A stretch of DNA of 39,728 nt, from the NCBI RefSeq assembly GCF_004010195.1, contig NC_057718.1, forward strand, positions 95,581,929 through 95,621,656, written 5' to 3'. Made by a program: the position numbers and the translations under genes. Source of the DNA: Chiloscyllium plagiosum. Its lineage: Eukaryota. Below the pieces are notes generated by a model. That model made no database searches. It had not been told where the DNA came from and saw only the letters and a list, made by a program, of their open reading frames with translations. Shown one piece after another: positions 1 to 11,489 of this stretch (within the stretch, counting starts at the first letter, position 1; the number at the start of each line of letters is the position of its first letter).

Positions 1-130
1 AATAGGAAGGGTTTGGAGGGATATGGGCCGGGTGCTGGCAGGTGGGACTAGATTGGGTTGGGATATCTGGTTGGCATGGACGGGTTGGACCGAAGGGTCT
101 ATTTCCATGCTGTACATCTCTATGACTCTT
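1..130 (+). mobile_element. CR1/HER1-like LINE 3' tail
   Basis: GGATATGGGCC...GGACCGAAGGGTCT.TTTCCATGCTGTACATCTCTATGACTCT, nearly identical to the tail at about 17748-17880. Confidence 0.85.
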
Positions 131-985
131 TCTCCCTTAAACTTTTCCCCTCTCATCTTGAACTCATGATCCCTAGTAATTGAATCCCCCACTCTGGGGG
201 AAAAAAGCTTCTTGCTATCCACCCTGTCTAGACATCTCATGATTTTTTCGACTTCAATCAGGGTGCCCCTCAACCTCCATCTTTCTCATGAAAATAATCC
301 TAATCTACTCAAGCTCTCTTCATAGCTAGCGCCCTCCATACCAGACAACATCCTGGTGAACCTCCAAAGCATTCACATCCTTTTGGTAATGTGGCAACCA
401 GAACTGTACGCAGTATTCCAAACGTGGCTGAACCAAAGTTCCATACAACTGTAACATGACCTGCTGTCTAATGAAGGAAAGTATGCTGTATGCCTTCTTG
501 ACCTGCATTGCCCTCCTCAGGGAACAATGGACCTGAACACTCAGATCTCTCTGTACATCAATTTTCCCCAAGGCTTTTCTGTTTACTGTATAGTTGGCTC
601 TCGAAGTGGATCTTCCAAAATGCAACACCTCACATTTGCTTGGATTGAACTCCATCTGCCATTTCTCTGCCCAATTCTCCAATCTGTCTATATTCTGCTG
701 CATTCCCCTTGACAGTCCCCTTCCCTATCTGCTACTCCACCAATCTTAGTGTCATCCGCAAACTTGCTAATCAGACCACCTAAACTTCCTTCAGATAATT
801 TATGTACCTGTATATCACAAATAACAGTGGTCCCAACACAGATCCCTGTAGAACATCACTGGTCACAGTTCTCCATTTTGAGAAGCTCCCTTCCACTACT
901 ACACTCTTGTCTCCTTCTGCCCAGCTAGTTCTCTATCCATCTAGCTAGTACATCCTGGACCCCACGCGACTTCACTTTCTCCAGG
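130..985 (-). mobile_element. CR1-clade LINE ORF2 (RT C-terminal region) fragment, decayed
   Basis: ORF 326..703 contains WAEKWQMEFNPSKCEVLHFG and LYGTLVQPRLEYCVQFWLPHYQKD, typical of CR1 ORF2; FADDTKIGG is readable on the minus strand near 735-763. Confidence 0.9.
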
Positions 986-1170
986 GTCTAGGTTACATCC
1001 TTGATATGTTTTGAAGGAACTGGTCCATAACTCATTCAGTGTCTTGAGTCTGTGGGAATACTTCAGTGCAATCAGCTGCTGATCATGCTTGTTGCCATCA
1101 TAATTTCCAGGCTTCCAGCACCAACCTTGCCTTGATTCTAGATTAAACTGCCAGCACCATTGCTCAGTGT

Positions 1171-1466
1171 GGGCTGCCAGTGGCTCAGTGGTTAGCACTG
1201 TTGTCTCAGTGTCAGGGACACAGGTTCGATTCCAGCCTTGGGCAAACGTCTGTCTAGAGTTTCCACATTCTCGTGCCTGCATGAGTTTTCTCCAGGTGCT
1301 TCGGTTTCTTCACACAGTCCAAAGATGTGCAGGTTAGGTGGATTGGTCTTGGGAAATTACCCATAGTGTGCAGGCTAGGGGAGGTAGTGATGGGGGAAAT
1401 GCAGGGTTACAGGAGTAGGGTGGGTCTGGGTGGGATGCTCTTCCACACTGTAGAGATTCTGTTCTA
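1171..1466 (+). mobile_element. tRNA-derived V-SINE (HE1-like)
   Basis: A box TGGCTCAGTGG, B box GGTTCGATTCC, degenerate V-domain and CR1-like tail TTCCACACTGTAG. Confidence 0.85.
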
Positions 1467-2184
1467 AATAGATCCTATTCAGGAGAGGGGAAAATCCACC
1501 TCATAGTGATTGCCAAATTTCTGCAGGCTGCTTTTTTCAGGTTACATTATCACTGGCTGTATATCTATCCATTATGCATGTATGGGCTGGGCATAAACAC
1601 ATGACCTACCACATTACCAAGTTTCTAAACTGACAGATAGCCACTGCTATTAAATGTGACAGTCCCCATGCTACTCTCTGTAGCACTAGTGTTCCAGGTC
1701 CCACCAAAGAGAGAAAAAAAGAGAAACCATTATGTCATGTTCTGCTCTCAAAATTGCCTTCTCATTTGCGAGTCTCCAAATAGACTCAGATAAGGTGTAA
1801 CCATGGAGGTGAGGAGGGAAGGGTCCATGACCTGTCCTCCTGTGTTTCCTTCCTCTTCAGATCAGGAGCAAGTGCCCAGCCATCGGCCATCTGAGAAAGT
1901 TAGTATTACACCTTGGCTGAATCTCTCAGTCTGAGGAGATCAAACAGTGAAGAGGGGATGTAATAGGTGTTCCCCACTTTCTCCTTCATGAGATTCAGGC
2001 CTCCCTTCCCCTCCATTCAACCTTGACAGTCCCAAAGTAGCCCACCCTCATTCCCTCTTTCCCTCGTACAAACTACCACTCCATCTTTAACTTCCCAAAA
2101 TTCCTTCTCTAAAGTTCATGAGACAAATTTCTTGCTTCCCATATCTCTGCCTATCAATCCATAACTCCCTGCCTGCATATGATA

Positions 2185-2242
2185 AGACTGAAGAGGCGTC
2201 ATATCAGATTCAAACGTTAACTCTTATTTCTATCTCCACATT
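2185..2242 (+). mobile_element. Degenerate Penelope-like element 3' tail with broken hammerhead motif
   Basis: CTGAAGA...CAAACGTTAACTCT.ATTTCT.TCTCCACA resembles the reverse complement of 9630-9683; the G of GAAA is missing. Confidence 0.5.
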
Positions 2243-2949
2243 CTTACACCACAGTTAAAATACAAAAAAAAAGAGTTGGCATAAATTTGACTCTATCAAA
2301 ACTCCAGCTTTTGCAGCAGCAGAGAGTGTGCTGCATCTAGCAGCTTCAACTTCAAAACTCCCAACTTCAACAATTGAAAACAAAATTAAAACCCTCGGTC
2401 TATTTGAGCTTGACTCTACCCACTCATGCTTCTTTTATCTAATTTTAAAAAAAACTATTTACTCTGCTTTCCATGGAGCAGCCACCTCTGCATTACAACG
2501 CCACTCTTAAAGGCTCATCTTGTCACAAAATGCACTTAACACATTCAGAGAGCAAAATAAATGATGATTCAGCTAAGACAGAAGCTAAACTATCAAAAAA
2601 AAACACTTAAATGAAAATATGTGGAATATCTTTTATCATATAAGAGAAATAGGAAAGGACTCTAATATAAAATTAGGTTTCGGGGCTAGTGGAAGTGTGC
2701 AACAGTAATTAGAACGCGAAAACTTTGTACATTCATCATTATAAATTCAATCAGCTGGAACTTCTTGAAGTTTTTTTTAACAGCAAGATTAATAGCATTT
2801 AAGTGGAACTTTTGTTGGCTCACACTCTGTGCAGATTTCAACAGCATATTCTCTGGTAAAGTGCAGAATCATGCTCAGCAATGTTCTGGTTTCTGTATTA
2901 TTCTGGATACACAGGCTCCATAAGTTGCAATCGGTTTTAATGGATTAAT

Positions 2950-3127
2950 GGCAGCAGGTCAGAAAGGGCGGCATCTGAGAAGCAGGAGAATTGACATTTC
3001 GGGTGTGAGCCGTTATGCTCAAAATGTCAACTCTCCAGTGCCTCGGATGCTGCTTGACTTGCTGTGCTTTTCCAGCTCCACACATTTTGACTCTGATTCT
3101 CCATCTTCTGCAGTCCTCACTTTCTCC
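2950..3127. mobile_element. Inverted (tail-outward) pair of Penelope-like element 3' tails, decayed
   Basis: 2950-3010 is the reverse complement of the tail starting at about 3010 (TCGGATGCTGCTTGACTTGCTGTGCTTTTCCAGC...CAGTCCTCACTTTCTCC). Flanks TAATGGCAG (2946-2954) and TAATGACAG (3128-3136) may be a TSD. Confidence 0.7.
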
Positions 3128-4225
3128 TAATGACAGAGGTGCTGACAATTCTCATCATCAAACCACCACAAAATCTGAAAGACATCTTACAGAGCCATAT
3201 ATTCATCTCCTGGAAACAGAATACTGGACACCGAGTAATGTAACCCTGTCTCTTGATCTCTTTCTATCATGGCATGGTCAGGAATAGATTTAATTGAAGT
3301 GGGAATGTCTACAGCGCACAGAGGTTTCAAAACAGTGAAAGGAGAAAAAAAGAAAACTGCAGAAGTATCTTTGCAAAAACAATATTAATCTTGAGCAAAA
3401 AAAGAGAAATAATCAAACTTCTCACTCACAATCCAAACTGTTTGATCCCAATTCTCCTAATATTCCTTTATGGAGAGGCAAAATGAAATGGTGTACATCT
3501 TTATATCATTGGTCACTAAGAGATGGCTTCAGTTTACAGATGCATGAAGTTCTGTGATAATAGTATACACTGACTATCAAATTTTAATGTCCAGCATCTC
3601 ATAGTTATACCCAAGGTCTTTCATGGTTTTTAAAGAGGAGGAAATACAGACCTGACCACTGATCAAGGCAAACTCCAGCACAGCCCTGTGGAACAAACGG
3701 CCTGTGCTGAAATTATCATTTTATCTAATTACAATCAAACCAAGGAATTTAAATCTTGATTCACATGTATATAATTAGGAGGTGGAATGCTCACCCACCA
3801 GTTTGCCAACTCGAATGGACCATTGAGCTACATACCAACTGATGGTTTTGAGCAGAAGAGAGAGAATAAAGTTTAATTTGTGACAACAAGAGCTGGAATC
3901 CTCTCTCTCCCTGCTTCTTCCTCTCATCATCTTGGAGTACAGCACACGGTGAAAAAGCACATTGGAAAAACAACCATTCACCCAAGGATTTAACGATATG
4001 TTTCAGAACTGCTGAGTCAACTATTAAACTACTGTGGTCACAGGGTTGACAAACTGACACCTCAAGGACTCTAAGACCTCTTAACTGTGCACCATTTATT
4101 CCCCTTGTCTGTATCAGGCACACACACACTTTTAAAATTATTGCCAGTGTTTGTGTGGTGTTGCAGTTTTATTATTTTTCCCTTTGTGTTAGAGGTGATA
4201 AAGTTCCTCTTTCTTTCATCCAAAA

Positions 4226-4547
4226 TTAGATCAGATTCCCTAGTGTGGAACAGGCCCTTTAGCCCAACAAGTCCACACCGACCCTCCAAAGAGCCACCCA
4301 CCCAGACTCATTCCCCTACATTCACCCCTGACTAATGCACCTAATACTACGGGCAATTTAGCATGGCCTATTCACCTAACCGCACATGTTTGTGCCTGTG
4401 GGAGGAAACGGGAGCACCCAGAGGAACCCACACAGACGCGGGGAGAATGTGCAAACTCCACACAGACAGTTGCCCGAGGCGGGAATTGAACCCGGGTCCC
4501 TGGCGCTGTGAGGCAGCAGTGCTAACCACTGAGCCACCGTGCCGCCC
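4226..4547 (-). mobile_element. tRNA-derived V-SINE (HE1-like), near full length
   Basis: Minus strand reads GGGCGGCACGGTGGCTCAGTGGTTAGCACTGCTGCCTCACAGCGCCAGGGACCCGGGTTCAATTCCCG, then V-domain GTGTGGAGTTTGCACATTCTCCC and CR1-like tail. Confidence 0.92.
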
Positions 4548-5115
4548 ACTGATGACCCTGCCAATTGACTCCTTCATCTCCGTTTAATTAAAATTACATT
4601 TTAATGAAGTATAACAGCTCCATGCTGCAATGAAATAAAAATATATTTGTGACTGACCAAGGTGAGTTGGGGGTAAAAAAAAGAGATGATTTTCTTAGTT
4701 GTAAAACATGTTATATATACACTGGTCAAGCAGAAGTGCTATTTTAGTTTAAAATTGATTTGAGATCCATGTCTTTTATTTATTTGGCAAGTTAGAAATG
4801 CTCTTTGCAGATATCATTTGCAAACATGGCAACTGCATAAATAAAGAAATAAATATTATTCCTGACAATATTTACAGTGTATGTCTCTAATTCTAGTTCT
4901 GCAGTACTTTTAAAATCAGAAAGAGGTTGCACAAAGGGAAACTTAAAAAGTTCAGTGCATGTTTTGAGAGGTGTATTGTGAAAAGAAGACGCACAAACAT
5001 TGAGAGTACAATTTCAATATAAAAGAAGGCACTCCAGCGCATACACATCTTTGGAAAATAAACCAAATTGTTTACAACATTTTAGACGGTTTAGCTTCGC
5101 TTACAAAAGTATTAC

Positions 5116-5256
5116 CTACTGATCCTGGAGAAACTGGCCCCTGGTCCAAGTCTAAAATGTCTTCATCAACAGCATGCTTACTGTTCTTCTCTTTCCTCTT
5201 TTTTGAAACGTTCCCTCGTGGTTTCAACAGGGAAAGTTCCTCCGGCCTACGAATAT
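5116..5256 (-). CDS. FERMT1: Kindlin-1, third coding exon, 141 nt, F1 domain with lysine-rich loop
   Basis: Translates (N)IRRPEELSLLKPRGNVSKKRKEKNSKHAVDEDILDLDQGPVSPGSV, matching kindlin IRRxEELSLLKP and the poly-Lys F1 loop. Acceptor TTTTTAG at 5257-5258; donor G|GTAATA at 5115 keeps phase 1. Confidence 0.93.
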
Positions 5257-5585
5257 CTAAAAACATTTGGAAGTACAATTAACCTTAGTGTAGACAGTTA
5301 AAGCTAGCTCCTATAAAATATCAACACAACGCATTTTCTAAAACTTGAACACGAAGCATCGTCTCCAGACGTATTTCATAGAAACAGGAGGTCTACCAAC
5401 TGTTTGAGGTTTCCCTCTGCAAAATCTTGTCAAGTTTGCTCAGTACTCTCAGGGATTTGGAAGGCTACTCCCCCAGCCCCGCTCAAAATTCACAGGCAAC
5501 TGCCAGAACCCCTCTCAGTAATGTCTCCCCTTCCTTCCTGCACTCTGCTCACCTCAGCTGACACCTTGGCTAATATCTGTGTCAG

Positions 5586-5843
5586 GAGACAGTGAAGCCT
5601 GCAGATGCTGGAGATCAGAGTTGAGAGTGTGTTGCTGGAAAAGCACAGCAGGTCAGGCAGCATCCGAGGAGCAGGAAAATCGATGTTTCGGGCCAGAGCC
5701 CCTCATTCGGTAGGGCTATATTTTAGAAGGACATCTATATTTTAGACTTCCTGATGAAGGGCTCCGCCCCAAAACATCGATTTTCCTGCTCTTCGAATGC
5801 TGCCTGACCTGCTATGCTTTTCCAGCAACACACTCTCAACCTC
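5586..5843. mobile_element. Inverted (tail-outward) pair of Penelope-like element 3' tails with 14-bp TSD
   Basis: 5586-5703 (minus) and 5748-5843 (plus) are reverse complements; flanked by exact direct repeat AATATCTGTGTCAG at 5572-5585 and 5844-5857. Confidence 0.85.
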
Positions 5844-6274
5844 AATATCTGTGTCAGCCTACCTCTGATATTCTAGGGTGGCAAGTTGAACTCTGGGGAC
5901 AGGTATGGTTCTCATACTTCTTCAGTAGTAAATTTCCAAAGTCAATGAGTAAAAGTAAATTTGAACACAACTTTGATAACTTATGTCAAAACAAGATGTT
6001 TGTTTTCAATGATCAAGTACAGTCAGTTCTTCCAGAAGGTGACAGTTGCATTCCTGTGCGATTCCACGCTATACAAAAATTGTGCAATACAAATAACACT
6101 TAAAAGGGTTGGCGATCTAATCACGTTATAGCCAACACACACTTTAAAAGTTCACACTTTAGAAACAGTGTTCCCTATTCACTCAGTCGCGTTACAGCTA
6201 ATTCAGGCTAATGAAAGTAGAACTGACTGTACGTAAATCCTCTCCTGGGGGCCAGCGTTTTGAAAATATACAAT

Positions 6275-6772
6275 TGAGTGGAGTACTGTGTTCAGTTCTG
6301 ATTGCCTTGTTATAGGAAGGATATTATTAGGCTGGAGAGGGTTCAAAAGAGAGTTTCTAGGATGTTGCCAGGAATGCAGTGTTTGAGTTATAAGGAGAGG
6401 CTGGATCTTTTTTCATTGGAGCACAGGAGGTTGAGGGATGAACTTATCGAGGTTTACAAAATCATCAGAAGTATACATAAGGTGAATGGCAGGTGTCTTC
6501 TTCCCTAGGGTGGGGATTTCAAGATTGTTGGGGGACATATTTTTCAGGTAAGAAGAGAAAAATTTTAAATGGAGTCTAAGCGTAACTTTTTTCACAGAGT
6601 GGTTCGTGTGTGGAATGAACTTCCAGAGGAAATGCTGGACATTTGGATAAGTACATGAATAAGAAATGTTCGGAGGAATATGGGCTGAGCTGAGGCAGGT
6701 GGGACTAGTTTAGTTTGGGAACATGGTCAGCATGGACTGGTTGGACAAAAGGGTCTATTTCCATGCTATCAC
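6275..6772 (+). mobile_element. CR1-clade LINE 3' fragment
   Basis: ORF 6302..6508 YRKDIIRLERVQKRVSRMLPG...LFSLEHRRLRDELIEVYKII followed by the CR1 tail. Confidence 0.9.
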
Positions 6773-7679
6773 TCGACAAAAAAGTAGATAAGCACACGAG
6801 GGAGAAAGAAATAGATATATGAATCAATAGGTTAGATGTAAAAGTGTGAAGGAGGTTTGTGTGATGCATTAACACCAGTATGGATCTATTTTCATATTAT
6901 AAACCCTATGTATTCCGCATGTAGTTATGCAGCACCGATAATACCTGCTTAAACAAAAACAGAATATTAAACCATCGCAAATTGTGCTGTGCAATAACAT
7001 GAAACAACCACATAGTTGCACACTACGAATGTTATTCAAATTTCTGCAGAGAGGGACAATTTTCTTCTCGCAATTCATAGCAAAGGACAAATAATCAAGC
7101 CGGTGAAACACATTTAGTTGGTAAAAATGCAAAGCTCAAGTTTCTTTGTGCACCTGCCAACGTTTTAGTAAAGTTCTCCACAGAAGGAATGCCATTGCCC
7201 ATGTTTTCAGGCCAGGCTGCTGGCTTTGTACCTCTGGCTAGTATCTGATGAACACGTCTGTTTGGAGTTTCCATCAATCATCTTCTGAAGGTATGGGATC
7301 AACTTGGAGAACCCTCACGGAAACTCCCCATCTACATATTCATCGATGTGGTCTAGTTACCCAAAGACTTCATTATCCAGCTGAGGTTAATAGCTGAGCA
7401 GTGTCTGTTGGCACATTTACCAAGAATGTGCAGTTGATATCCAACATGCAACAGATTTATTGAAGCTGTGCTAGTTCTCAATTGGAATTTTTGACAGTGG
7501 GAGAGAAAGTAGGCATGTAAGAGAGTTTATCTGAATTTGATGTTGCATTTTGGAGGTGAATGTGAACAGCATGCAAGATAAAAATCGAACACGAAACAAA
7601 TAAATCACCATGAGAATGTCACTGTTAAGTGTACTCAAAACTCATTACAGGAACATTAAGGAGATGAAATACTTAACCC

Positions 7680-7925
7680 CACAGGATTTTCTCTCTCTCA
7701 GGAGGCTCCATGTCTTGGAAATTCTCTACCACAGAAGGGTGGTAGCAGATGGGTCAGTGAGTATTTGTTAGTCAGAGGTGGATAGAATCCTGTTGATCAG
7801 GGAATCAAGGGTTAACAGGGAATATGGAATTTGAAACTCAAACAGATCAGCCATGATCTTGATGAATGGTGGAGCGGGTTGGAGTGGCTAAATGGTCAAG
7901 TTCTTCTCCTATTTCACATGTTTGT
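7680..7925 (+). mobile_element. Old CR1-clade LINE 3' fragment
   Basis: TTGGAAATTCTCTACCACAGAAGG (WNSLP-like) and tail AGATCAGCCATGATCTT.ATGAATGGTGGAGCGGG. Confidence 0.65.
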
Positions 7926-8199
7926 GTGTTCAATTTGCTTCACAAGAAATGGTTGCATAGTCATGTCAACACATTTACAATGTTTTGGGTCACAGAATGC
8001 TCATTTTACAGTTATTAATCTGCCTCCTAAAGGTCCAAAATGACGAGCAGCAGTTGGTGACTCGTAGCACTCGGCTGCACGGAACCCACTGCTGATCACC
8101 CTTCAGGTTTAATAAAGCTTGAGACGCATATCCACAGCTCCTCAAACCTCAACTATTTATGCACTGGGTAATCATCCCATTTGGGGCAGGATGTTCATA

Positions 8200-9870
8200 G
8201 AACAGATATTCCCAGATTTCTCCCCTTCAATCTTTACTGCAAGCAAATTATGATTATATTTCCTAATTGCGTTCTCTTTTACTCTAATTTCCCCTTCTTT
8301 ATTCATCTCAGTCATTCTTTGCTGTTCATTATATTCTATTCAATCTGGCGTGCCACTCAATTTTGTGAAATTTTGTACTTTTTCATTAAGTCTTATACTA
8401 TCTTTAACTTCCTTAGTCAGTCATGCATGGTGCATTCTTCCTTCAGAGTATTTCTTGCATACTGGAATGCATCTTTTCTGAGATATTCTGAAATATCACC
8501 TGTTAGTATACCTCTGCTGACTTATCACTTAGCTATGTTTTGCAGTTCACTTTAGTCTACTCTATCTTCATGATTGCTCATATTTAAGTTTAAAATCCAC
8601 TCTTTTCTCCCTCAAACTGAAAGCAAAATTCAATCATTATATGATCACTGTTACCTAAGCACACCTTTATTATGAAGTCAGTAACTAATCCTGACTCACT
8701 GCACAACACTAAACCGAGTCTCGTCTGCTCTCTGACTGGCTTTAAAACTTGCAGCTTAAGAAACTGTCCTGAAGACACTACGAATTCATCATTTGGCAAA
8801 CCTGGGCAGTCTGATTCATACGGATTAAAATCACTTGCAATGATAACTACACTTATCTCGGAGACTCCCACTATTTCTTCTTGTATCTCTCACAGCTGCT
8901 TTTAGGAGGCCTATAAACCATTGTACAAGTGACTTAGAGTCATAGAGTTGCACAAAACAGAAGCGGACCCTTCAGTCCAACTCATCCACGGCAACCAGAT
9001 ATCCTAAGTTAAATTTAGTTCAACTTACCTTTACTATTTCTCATCTCTACCTAAACTAATTCTATTTCCCAATCACCAGAATTAAAGTAATCTTCCTCCA
9101 TTGTACTGACATTGTCCGTAATTGAATGAGCTACCCTTTCACCATTTATTAACTTCCAACCCTTTCTAAATATAATGGACCCTTGAATATTCAGGTCCCA
9201 GGCATTGTCATCTCCTGGCTGTCCTTTTAATCACCATCAGATCAAATGTATTTCTCTCTATTTCTCTTTTCAACTCATGTTATTTTATGAATGCTACATG
9301 TATTCAAGTATAGAGTCTTTAGTACAGTATTTTTGTAATCTATAACCTAACTATTACTGCCCAATTAGGTGTGCACACTGTGACCACCATTTCCCTATCG
9401 CACCCTTGTTCTCTTGGCCTTTTAGTTCATCAAATCATCCCAACTCAATTCCTCACCTCTACTCTTTAGTTTAAAGCACTCCCTACCACCATAGTTATAT
9501 CTCTCACCGGAACATGTTCTTAGCATAATTCAGGTGGAGGTTGATCCCAACAGCAGAACACCCACTTTCCCAGTCCCTTAAAAATCAAACACAAAAGCAG
9601 AAATCACTGGGAAAACTCAGCAGGTCTGACAGCATCTGTGGAGAGAAATCAGAGTTAACGTTTCAGGTTTGACCCTTCCTCAGCCCCAAAAATGAAAACC
9701 CATTTCTCCCATTACATCCTTTGTGCAACACATTCATCCCTCTAATCTTATCTACCCATGCTAATTTGATGACGGCTCAACTAATAATCCATAGATTATA
9801 AACTTTGAAGATCTGTTTTCTAATTTACCTCCTTGTTGCTCATATTCCTTTATCCGCTTATGAAACTTTG
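8200..9870 (-). mobile_element. Old CR1-clade LINE, APE endonuclease region and upstream sequence, with small younger inserts
   Basis: ORF 8590..8871 has VIIASDFN...RLGLVLCSE...LGNSDHIMIEF (APE GDFN, LDLVL and SDH motifs). A CR1 tail is inserted at about 8935-9020 and a PLE tail at about 9585-9683. Outer boundaries uncertain. Confidence 0.7.
9585..9683 (-). mobile_element. Penelope-like element 3' tail with hammerhead-like motif (core 9657-9683)
   Basis: Minus strand CTGAGGA-AGGGTCAAACCT-GAAACGTT-AACTCTGATTTCTCTCCACAGATGCTGTCAGACCTGCTGAGTTTTCCCAG; tail homologous to the other PLE tails (GATGCTG...GACCTGCTG...TTTTCCAG). Confidence 0.7.
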
Positions 9871-10991
9871 TGGTGTCAAAAACCCAGTTGTCTGATTTTT
9901 GGATGTCTATGCTGTATCTCCTCTTTGATGGTTGCCTTCAGAGAAAAGGTAGCTGCCGACATATGGGAATATGGATAGTCTTCCCATTAACTCTGCTCAA
10001 AGACCTGTAGCTCCAGGACTGGCCTGCTAAGTTACCAGAGGACAAGAAATGTCCCTAAGTTTGGCAGACAACACTCATGCTTGTTTCAGAGAGATCGGTG
10101 AAGATTTTGTTGGTGATAATGAGACAATATGTAGCCAACATCATTAATTCAATGTGACACATCTTGGATTTGTGCACAATTTTACTACCATCTTGCATTC
10201 TCCATTTCTTCATAACCTTCAGGATCTTTCTGTTATGAAAATCTGGATCTAGAAGGATTGGGGAAACAGACTGCAACCGTACTACAATTAGGACCACGTA
10301 ATAAGAATCTTAAAGCAACATTTCCATCGTCTCGATCGTTTTGGAGTACTTTGCTCTACTCTCCAGCCAAGGTTTCCTGTATTGTCGTTGTCTGTGACAT
10401 TGTTGCCAGCATTTGGTTGTTGCAAAGACATCTAACTACAGGGACAGCCAGTGAAAGAGCTGAAACAGGAGAGAATAATATCAATGCCAGAAAACTCACA
10501 AAGAATCTTGCAGGCATCTGTATGAATATCTATCCATGTCTGATTCAAACCACCTTCCGAGAGAGAGACAGGCAGCATTAACCATTCAATAGAAGCCCGT
10601 TTCCCCACCCACTCATTAATTTGTAGAATAAAAATAATTCTTTCAAACTCTGCCATCAATAAAAAAAGGGTCATATAAACGAAAGTGCTTTCTACAGCAG
10701 TAACATCACTTTTCAGTATTTCAAGTTCTATGCAGATTACACCATCACAAGGCCGTGAAAACACACAGTAAGGATCAAAATAAATGATTAATAGGAATTA
10801 GTGTACACATACATGAACAAATAGTATAGGAGCAGCAAAGACTTAAGCAAGTCGCCAATAGAAGTGAATTTGAAATAACACCCAGCAGAGTTTTTGGATC
10901 CTTTTGACATAAGCTCTTAAGACTATAATGTATGAACTTTCAGCTTTATTTCTTTATTGTGGTTCTGTTCGCTGAGCTGGAAGTTTTTGTT

Positions 10992-11031
10992 GCAAACATT
11001 TCGTCCCCTGTCTAGATGACATCCTCAGTGC
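10992..11031 (-). ncRNA. Minimal hammerhead motif, mirror copy with point changes
   Basis: Minus strand GCA-CTGAGGA-TGTCATCTAGACAGGGGAC-GAAA-TGTT-TGC; a C>T change disrupts the stem III palindrome. Confidence 0.6.
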
Positions 11032-11398
11032 TTGGGAGCCTCCTGTGAAGCGCTTCTGTGGTGTTTCCTCCGGCATTTATAGTGGCCTGTCCCTGCCGCT
11101 TCCGGTTGTCAGTTTCAGCTGTCCGCTGTAGTGGCCGGTATATTGGGTCCAGGGGTCGATGTGTTTGTTGATGGAGTGTGTGGATGAGTGCCATGCTTCT
11201 AGGAATTCCCGGGCTGTTCCCAGGGAATTCCTAGAAGCATGGCACTCATCACAAACTCCATCAACAAACACATCAACCTGGACCCAACATACCGGCCACT
11301 ACAACGGACAGCTGAAACTGACAACCGGAAGCGGCAGGGACAGGCCACTATAAATGCCGGAGGAAACACCACAGAAGCGCTACACAGGAGGCTCCCAA

Positions 11399-11439
11399 GC
11401 ACTGAGGATGTCACCTAAGACAGGGGACGAAACGTTTGC
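11399..11439 (+). ncRNA. Minimal type I hammerhead ribozyme motif, intact core
   Basis: GCA-CTGAGGA-T-GTCACCTAAGACAGGGGAC-GAAA-CGTT-TGC: stem I GCA/TGC, core CUGANGA and GAAA, stem II GTC/GAC plus CCT/AGG, palindromic AACGTT in place of stem III. Predicted cut after GUU at 11436. Confidence 0.75.
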
Positions 11440-11489
11440 AACAAAAACTTACAGCTCGGCGAACAGAACCACAACAACAGAAAAGAGTG

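Larger units (their letters stand above)
10957..11474. mobile_element. Palindromic Penelope-like element insertion: two 5'-truncated copies head-to-head, arms about 254 bp
   Basis: Near-perfect inverted repeat around a loop of about 12 nt (11211-11222). Each arm encodes REFLEAWHSS..SINKHID.DP.YRPLQR, resembling the C-terminus of a Penelope/Poseidon-type GIY-YIG endonuclease, followed by a 3'UTR with a hammerhead motif. Confidence 0.88.

Noticed and set aside
4470..4547. tRNA gene calls for SINE heads
   Set aside because: Each tRNA-like head continues into V-SINE body sequence, so they are SINEs and not tRNA genes.
4363..4587. Recurring short ORFs such as HGGSVVSTAASQ...WSLHILP (also near 11.9, 22.2, 33.5 and 37.7 kb)
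   Set aside because: Chance translations of V-SINE copies, not a gene family.
1..5115. Next FERMT1 exon (expected SPGLYSKTMTP-like)
   Set aside because: No matching sequence found; TCATGGTTTT near 3621 gives KTM on the minus strand but the context does not fit. The exon is presumably left of the window.
7090..7500. Possible coding or ancient transposon remnant (similar impression at 9900-10560 and 18540-19330)
   Set aside because: Composition suggests old repeats, but I could not recognise any motif, so no call is made.
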